A stretch of 21,166 nt of DNA, from the NCBI GenBank assembly GCA_048939015.1, contig JBHLPW010000075.1:1-21166 (forward strand). The letters are read 5' to 3'. The stretch comes from Promethearchaeota archaeon (GTDB lineage Archaea > Asgardarchaeota > Lokiarchaeia > Sigyniarchaeales > SOKP01). Positions 16,417 to 21,166 of this stretch are shown here, one piece after another. The position numbers and the translations under genes are program-made. How positions within the stretch are numbered: the stretch's first letter is position 1; each line of letters begins with the position of its first letter. A model generated the notes under the pieces. The model searched no databases. It worked only from the letters and a program-made list of their open reading frames with translations, and was not told the DNA's origin.

Positions 16417-16582
16417 CTTTATCCACCTCTTTTTAATTTTTAAATTGGATTTCTCAAGTGAAACCATAAGAGAGTATTTTAAATTGTTTTTAAGTTTTTG
16501 CAATTTAATATACACAGTAAATTTTAAAATGAATAAAATTTTTTACAATAGAAAAATGTCATAAAAAAAGAGTGAAAATAGA

Positions 16583-17863
16583 ATGAATTTAAAAGAAGTC
16601 TGGCTAATCGATTATGCAAGAACTGCTTTTTCGCGTTCCAGACCAGAACAACCTGAAAGAGATGTTTTTGGTGAGATTCGTGGAGATGAACTACTTGCAA
16701 ATTTATTGATAAAGTTTTTTGATGGTAAATTAGCTGATAAAGGCATAACTAAAAACGAAATTGAAGAAGCATCGATAGGAATTGCTTCAGGGGTCCTGGA
16801 AAATTGGACTTATGGGGGAAAAATTCCTCTCTTTTTATCAGGATTTCCAAATGAGGTCTCTTCTTTCTGTATAGATAAACAATGCGGTTCTGCGGGTGCA
16901 GGGATGCATGCACTTATAATGCATATTATGACAGGTAATAGTAAAAGAGTACTAGCAACTGGATTTGAACATATGACACGAGTTCGTAGAGTTGGAATTG
17001 CACCTGAATGGGAACGTTTTAGCAACCCGGACAGCAAATTCTATAATCCAAATATTGATATAATGAATTCGATTAATATGTTGCAAACTGCCCAAAGATT
17101 ATATGAAGAAGAAGTACCACGGTTCACAAAGGAAGATCTTGATGCATTTGGAGTAAGATCACATAATTTAACTGTAGAAAATCATGAAAAAGGTTGGTTT
17201 AAAGGCGAAATCATTCCTATTGAGGGTCATATCGAAGGGAATGTTGATGAAATAGTAATGATCGACAGAGATATGGCAGCAAGAAAATCTACGTTGGAAG
17301 GAGTTGGAGGCTTACGAAGAATATCTATACCATTTTATTTAGAAAAAAATGGTGGTAAACAAGGGTATATTGACAGAGAAGGGACTGAGGAAGGAGTAAT
17401 AACAGCGGGTAATTCATCTCCTTTAAATGCAGGAGCTACAGCGGCAGTTCTTATGGAAGCCGAGGAAGCTAAAAAAAGAGATTTGGAACCAATGGCACGA
17501 ATTGTTTCAATTGGGTGGGCTGGAGTAGATCCAAGAGTTATGGGACGAGGACCCGTTCCAGCAACTCGAAAAGCATTAGAATATGCAGAACTAAAAGCCG
17601 ATGATATTGATTATTGGGAAATCAACGAAGCTTTTTGTATTGTTGCGTTAAATTGTATGGATAAATTCAACATTCCAGAAGAAAAGGTCAATGTCATGGG
17701 AGGTTCTACCGCAATTGGTCATCCTTTAGGAGCAACAGTAATTCGTCTTACTGGAACATTAGCACGTATATTAAAAGATAAAAATGCAAAATACGGACTA
17801 GCTAACGCTTGTGTTGGTGGAGGACAAGGGGTAGCCACTGTAATAGAAAATCTTGATGCTTAA
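16583..17863 (+). CDS. fadA: Acetyl-CoA C-acyltransferase (thiolase)
   Basis: QCGS catalytic Cys, GFEHMT, ITAGNSSPLNAGA, MGRGPVPA, EINEAF, AIGHPLGAT and CVGGGQG. Confidence 0.95.
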   Translation: MNLKEVWLIDYARTAFSRSRPEQPERDVFGEIRGDELLANLLIKFFDGKLADKGITKNEIEEASIGIASGVLENWTYGGKIPLFLSGFPNEVSSFCIDKQCGSAGAGMHALIMHIMTGNSKRVLATGFEHMTRVRRVGIAPEWERFSNPDSKFYNPNIDIMNSINMLQTAQRLYEEEVPRFTKEDLDAFGVRSHNLTVENHEKGWFKGEIIPIEGHIEGNVDEIVMIDRDMAARKSTLEGVGGLRRISIPFYLEKNGGKQGYIDREGTEEGVITAGNSSPLNAGATAAVLMEAEEAKKRDLEPMARIVSIGWAGVDPRVMGRGPVPATRKALEYAELKADDIDYWEINEAFCIVALNCMDKFNIPEEKVNVMGGSTAIGHPLGATVIRLTGTLARILKDKNAKYGLANACVGGGQGVATVIENLDA

Positions 17864-17870
17864 ATTTAGC

Positions 17871-17890
17871 TTTTTATTAAACTTTTTTTT
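17871..17890 (+). terminator. Oligo-T tract after the thiolase
   Basis: TTTTTATTAAACTTTTTTTT shortly after the stop codon. Confidence 0.35.
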
Positions 17891-17943
17891 ATCAATTTCA
17901 TTTTACCTATTTATTTAGAAGAAACTCTCAAAAGGTTATTCGA

Positions 17944-18828
17944 ATGGTATTTATAAATAAAGAAGGAAAATTTAATGACAATACTTGGCTAATTGATGGA
18001 TATTTATTTGGAGGAAAGGGAAGCCTATCAATGTACGTTATCGAAAATAATGGTACTCGAATGATAATTGATGCCTCTGAAAAAGCAGCAGTACCCAAAA
18101 TTATTAAAACATTGAAAGAGTTTAATATTTATCCTATACATAAGATTTTCCTAACACATTCTCATTTTGATCATACAGATGGTGTCCATGAATTTAAGAA
18201 ATTGATAAAGGATGTAGATATTGAAGTTTTAGCGTCGGAAAATGCATTAGAAAATTTAAAAAATCCAGATAGTATTAATGGAGTATTTGGTGCCGACACA
18301 GAACCAATAGAAGGAGTTACGCCTTTAAAAGATGGTCAAACAATAAATTTAAATGGTTTAGAATTAGAAGTTCTTAACTTTTTCGGTCATACCATGGATT
18401 CTATAGCGCTATTTGATAAAAAAAATAAAAATATATTTACTGGCGATGCTATTATTGATAAATCCAGTATTTATTATTTCCAACCAACTTTTATGCCTCC
18501 AGATTTTCATGAATCAGAATTATTAAAGACATTTCAAAGGCTCAAGAATATGAAAGATAAATTAAATTCAATATCATTAGCACATTATGGAGTATGGAAA
18601 GACGAGGATTTCGATCAAATAATAAATAATATGGAAGAATTACATTTTGCCACAAAAAATTCAATTATTAAATGGTATAAAGAAAATCCATCATATAATT
18701 ATTTAGCTCTCAAGTTCCATGAAAAATTTATACCCAAATCGAAAATTATCAAGTTAGGATATATTGAAGTTTTAGAACAAACCATGGAATGGCTTGTTGA
18801 AGGCTTAAAAAGAAGTGGATTTATATAA
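17944..18828 (+). CDS. MBL-fold metallo-hydrolase
   Basis: IIDA, THSHFDHTDG, GHT, TGDA and AHYG give the complete MBL metal-ligand set. Confidence 0.9.
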   Translation: MVFINKEGKFNDNTWLIDGYLFGGKGSLSMYVIENNGTRMIIDASEKAAVPKIIKTLKEFNIYPIHKIFLTHSHFDHTDGVHEFKKLIKDVDIEVLASENALENLKNPDSINGVFGADTEPIEGVTPLKDGQTINLNGLELEVLNFFGHTMDSIALFDKKNKNIFTGDAIIDKSSIYYFQPTFMPPDFHESELLKTFQRLKNMKDKLNSISLAHYGVWKDEDFDQIINNMEELHFATKNSIIKWYKENPSYNYLALKFHEKFIPKSKIIKLGYIEVLEQTMEWLVEGLKRSGFI

Positions 18829-18901
18829 TTTAATTAAATTTTTTCACGAATAGTAATTTGTAAAATAAAAAAATAATCGAATATACTATTGATACTGGTC
18901 T

Positions 18902-19636
18902 TTATTTATATTCAAATTCATCTATTATCAAATTAGGATCAGTAAACCCTTTTTGAATTTTTCGTAATGTATATTTCCGAAATTCTTTACTTGTAAAACT
19001 TTGAGTTCCAAATTGCTTACGTTCCTCAACTTCCTTTCCCTCTTTATTATTTGCTTCTTCAATATTCCGCATAGCTTTCTCCACCATCGTTGCCCCGAGT
19101 AATAAGCTAAACATAAAGAATGAGAGTAGTGCAGCGTTATTTTCTTTGATCTCTCCGTTATCAATTGCTTTTTGAATTAAACGAGTGGTTCCATCTAAAA
19201 AGCTAAATTGTTTATATTCTATTTCAAATGGACCAATTTTATCCGATGAAGGAGGGCGTATAAGGTGCATTATTCGAAAAGCTGCATAATCTTTTTCTGC
19301 AAACTCAAAAAAATGTGTAAATATTTTTAATAACGTATCAATATTTGTATCATCGGATTCCTTTATGATATCACGGTTCTCATTTCGATATTGCTCATAA
19401 CATTTCTTTCTTATTGCAATCCATAATTCTCGTTTACTCTCTATATAATTATAAAGATTATTTTTGTTCATATCTAACTTTTTTGCTAATCCTCCTAATG
19501 TAAAACCATCCCGCCCATGCTCCTGAAATAACTGCTTTCCTGTCTCTAAAATTTTTTCAAATTGCTGAGCTTTTTTTTCGGGTGATCGACTTCTTGTCTT
19601 TTTAATTTTATTTTTAAGTTGCTTTTGCTCCACCAT
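18902..19636 (-). CDS. TetR/AcrR family transcriptional regulator (copy 2)
   Basis: ILETGKQLFQEHGRDGFTLGGLAKKLDMNKNNLYNYIESKRELW; full-length paralog of 5998-6687. Start ATG 19636, alternative GTG 19645. Confidence 0.9.
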   Translation of the reverse strand: MVEQKQLKNKIKKTRSRSPEKKAQQFEKILETGKQLFQEHGRDGFTLGGLAKKLDMNKNNLYNYIESKRELWIAIRKKCYEQYRNENRDIIKESDDTNIDTLLKIFTHFFEFAEKDYAAFRIMHLIRPPSSDKIGPFEIEYKQFSFLDGTTRLIQKAIDNGEIKENNAALLSFFMFSLLLGATMVEKAMRNIEEANNKEGKEVEERKQFGTQSFTSKEFRKYTLRKIQKGFTDPNLIIDEFEYK

Positions 19637-20138
19637 ACTATTCACAAATCCAAAAAATCTGGTTAAAGATATTCCCTCTTACTGCACTCTTAATTACTTT
19701 TTCTATTTATATAATGAAATTTTTTTATTTTATTTAAAAATTATTAATTAAGCTTAGGAAATTTTGGAAAAAAGGAAAAATTCATAAATATAGAAGTTTT
19801 AAAACCAATCTTTACATTCAAATTAATATTACAAAACTATTGTTCCAGTTCTACTTTATCAGGACAATATATTATAAATAGACGTCAGCTATTAAATATC
19901 TTTTTAAAAAAGTCAAAATATTAATTAATAATAAACAAGTATAATTGATATTTTGTTTTAAAAAAAAATATAAAAGCGAATCAAGTGGACCTTTTTCGGG
20001 AAGTTGCTGAAATTACGGGAGTCAAGAATGTCAATTGGTCCAGTTTAGCTATTCAATTAGCAAAAATATTTCTTTAAAATGAAAAAATTAATTGTATTTT
20101 ATCGAAAATAATATTATAAATTAAATGGTGATTTTTTA

Positions 20139-21166
20139 TTGGAAAATAAAACTGAGCAAAAACCTGACCAGGTAAATGAGCAATTAATAGCTCTTATGAA
20201 TTTACTGAAAAGTAGAGCCCCTGGTGGATTATTAACGTCTTTTCGTTCACCAAAGGTTATATTTGGTTTTACTGCATTAAACAGGATTAAGAATTACTTA
20301 GCTGGTAATCTTGAGGAAGGAGAAAAAAGAGTCTTAATAATAACAGATGATTTTACTGAAAAGTTTGCTAACCCTATTAGTAATTTATTTAGTAAAATTA
20401 ACATCGATTCAAAAGTGTGGTCTGGTGTGAAACCAGAGGCACCGATCAATACTATCGACGAAGCCGTAAAAATATGTGAGGATTTTAAACCTACAGTCTT
20501 TGTGGCAATTGGTGGAGGGAGTGTACTTGACACTACTAAAGTTTTAATGATCAAATACGAGAAACCTGAAACAAATCTATTTGCGGTTTCAGCTTTAGAG
20601 CCTCTTGGTTTACGGAAAAAAGTTAAATATTTTGTAGCTATTCCAACAACATCAGGAACGGGATCTGAAGCTACTCTCGCTTCTATGCTAACTGATATAA
20701 ATACGGATCCTCCGAAAAAATTTACAGTCTCTCATCCAGAATTGATTCCTGATTATGCAGTTTTAATTACTGAATTTGTACAAGATATGCCACCTTTTTT
20801 AACCATGGCTACAGGACTAGATGCGTTAGCTCACGCAGCAGGATCTTATATATCAAATATAGGAACTCCATTTTCTGATGCCATGAACATATATGCTATT
20901 AAAGAAATAATAAAATATTTGCCTCGTGCATATAAATATGGTGGTAAAGATATCGAAGCAAGATCGCATATGCAAATAGCAGCGACGATGGCAGGACTAG
21001 GGTTTATTCATTCTCGGGTTGGAATTGACCATGCTTTAGGTCATAGTTTAGGTAAAGTACTCAATGTTCATCATGGACTATGTGTAGGAATGTTTCTACC
21101 GTATACAATTGCTTTCCAAATGAAAATTTCAGAAAGGTGGAAAGATTTATGTCCACTTTTTGGAAT
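20139..21166 (+). CDS. Iron-containing alcohol dehydrogenase, 3'-truncated by the window edge (absent from the ORF track)
   Basis: TTG 20139 follows GGTGA (20127-20131). Manual translation gives MENKTEQKPDQ...VKPEAP...VAIGGGSVLDTTK...IPTTSGTGSE...GLDALAHA...GIDHALGHSLG...HHGLCVG, the NAD- and Fe-binding motifs. Confidence 0.92.
   Translation, partial: MENKTEQKPDQVNEQLIALMNLLKSRAPGGLLTSFRSPKVIFGFTALNRIKNYLAGNLEEGEKRVLIITDDFTEKFANPISNLFSKINIDSKVWSGVKPEAPINTIDEAVKICEDFKPTVFVAIGGGSVLDTTKVLMIKYEKPETNLFAVSALEPLGLRKKVKYFVAIPTTSGTGSEATLASMLTDINTDPPKKFTVSHPELIPDYAVLITEFVQDMPPFLTMATGLDALAHAAGSYISNIGTPFSDAMNIYAIKEIIKYLPRAYKYGGKDIEARSHMQIAATMAGLGFIHSRVGIDHALGHSLGKVLNVHHGLCVGMFLPYTIAFQMKISERWKDLCPLFG

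Noticed and set aside
16810-20554. Track ORFs 16810-17037(-), 18928-19164(-) and 20294-20554(-)
   Set aside because: They overlap the thiolase, TetR2 (alternate frame) and the Fe-ADH respectively, with no independent support.
1-21166. CRISPR array, IS/transposase, prophage, rRNA
   Set aside because: No regularly spaced repeats, transposase/integrase ORFs, phage genes or long GC-rich non-coding stretches were seen.

Overview
AT-rich (roughly 30% GC by eye), densely coding prokaryotic DNA. GGTGA/GAGGTG ribosome-binding sites, BRE+TATA-like promoters, oligo-T terminators and the gene content suggest an archaeon, plausibly Asgard/Lokiarchaeia (inference only). The window is a catabolic cluster: a 5'-truncated ADP-ribosylglycohydrolase, a 4-hydroxybutyryl-CoA dehydratase (AbfD family), two paralogous DMSO-reductase-family A/B pairs pointing away from each other (no Tat signal, no DmsC anchor), two paralogous TetR regulators, a FabK/nitronate-monooxygenase flavoprotein, 3-hydroxyacyl-CoA dehydrogenase, enoyl-CoA hydratase, thiolase, an SdsA1-like alkyl sulfatase, a second MBL hydrolase, two SAM methyltransferases, a small unknown protein and a 3'-truncated iron-containing alcohol dehydrogenase that the ORF track missed. 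No tRNA, rRNA, CRISPR or transposase was seen. Most notable: (1) the second molybdoenzyme has no ATG/GTG/TTG upstream of its essential Fe-S motif and appears to start at ATA, and a second gene has an SD-positioned ATA behind the same 13-nt leader, suggesting AUA initiation; (2) the first molybdoenzyme has lost the first FS0 cysteine but gained a new one after the fourth; (3) soluble twin Mo/W enzymes sit inside an acyl-CoA/alcohol/sulfate-ester degradation cluster.
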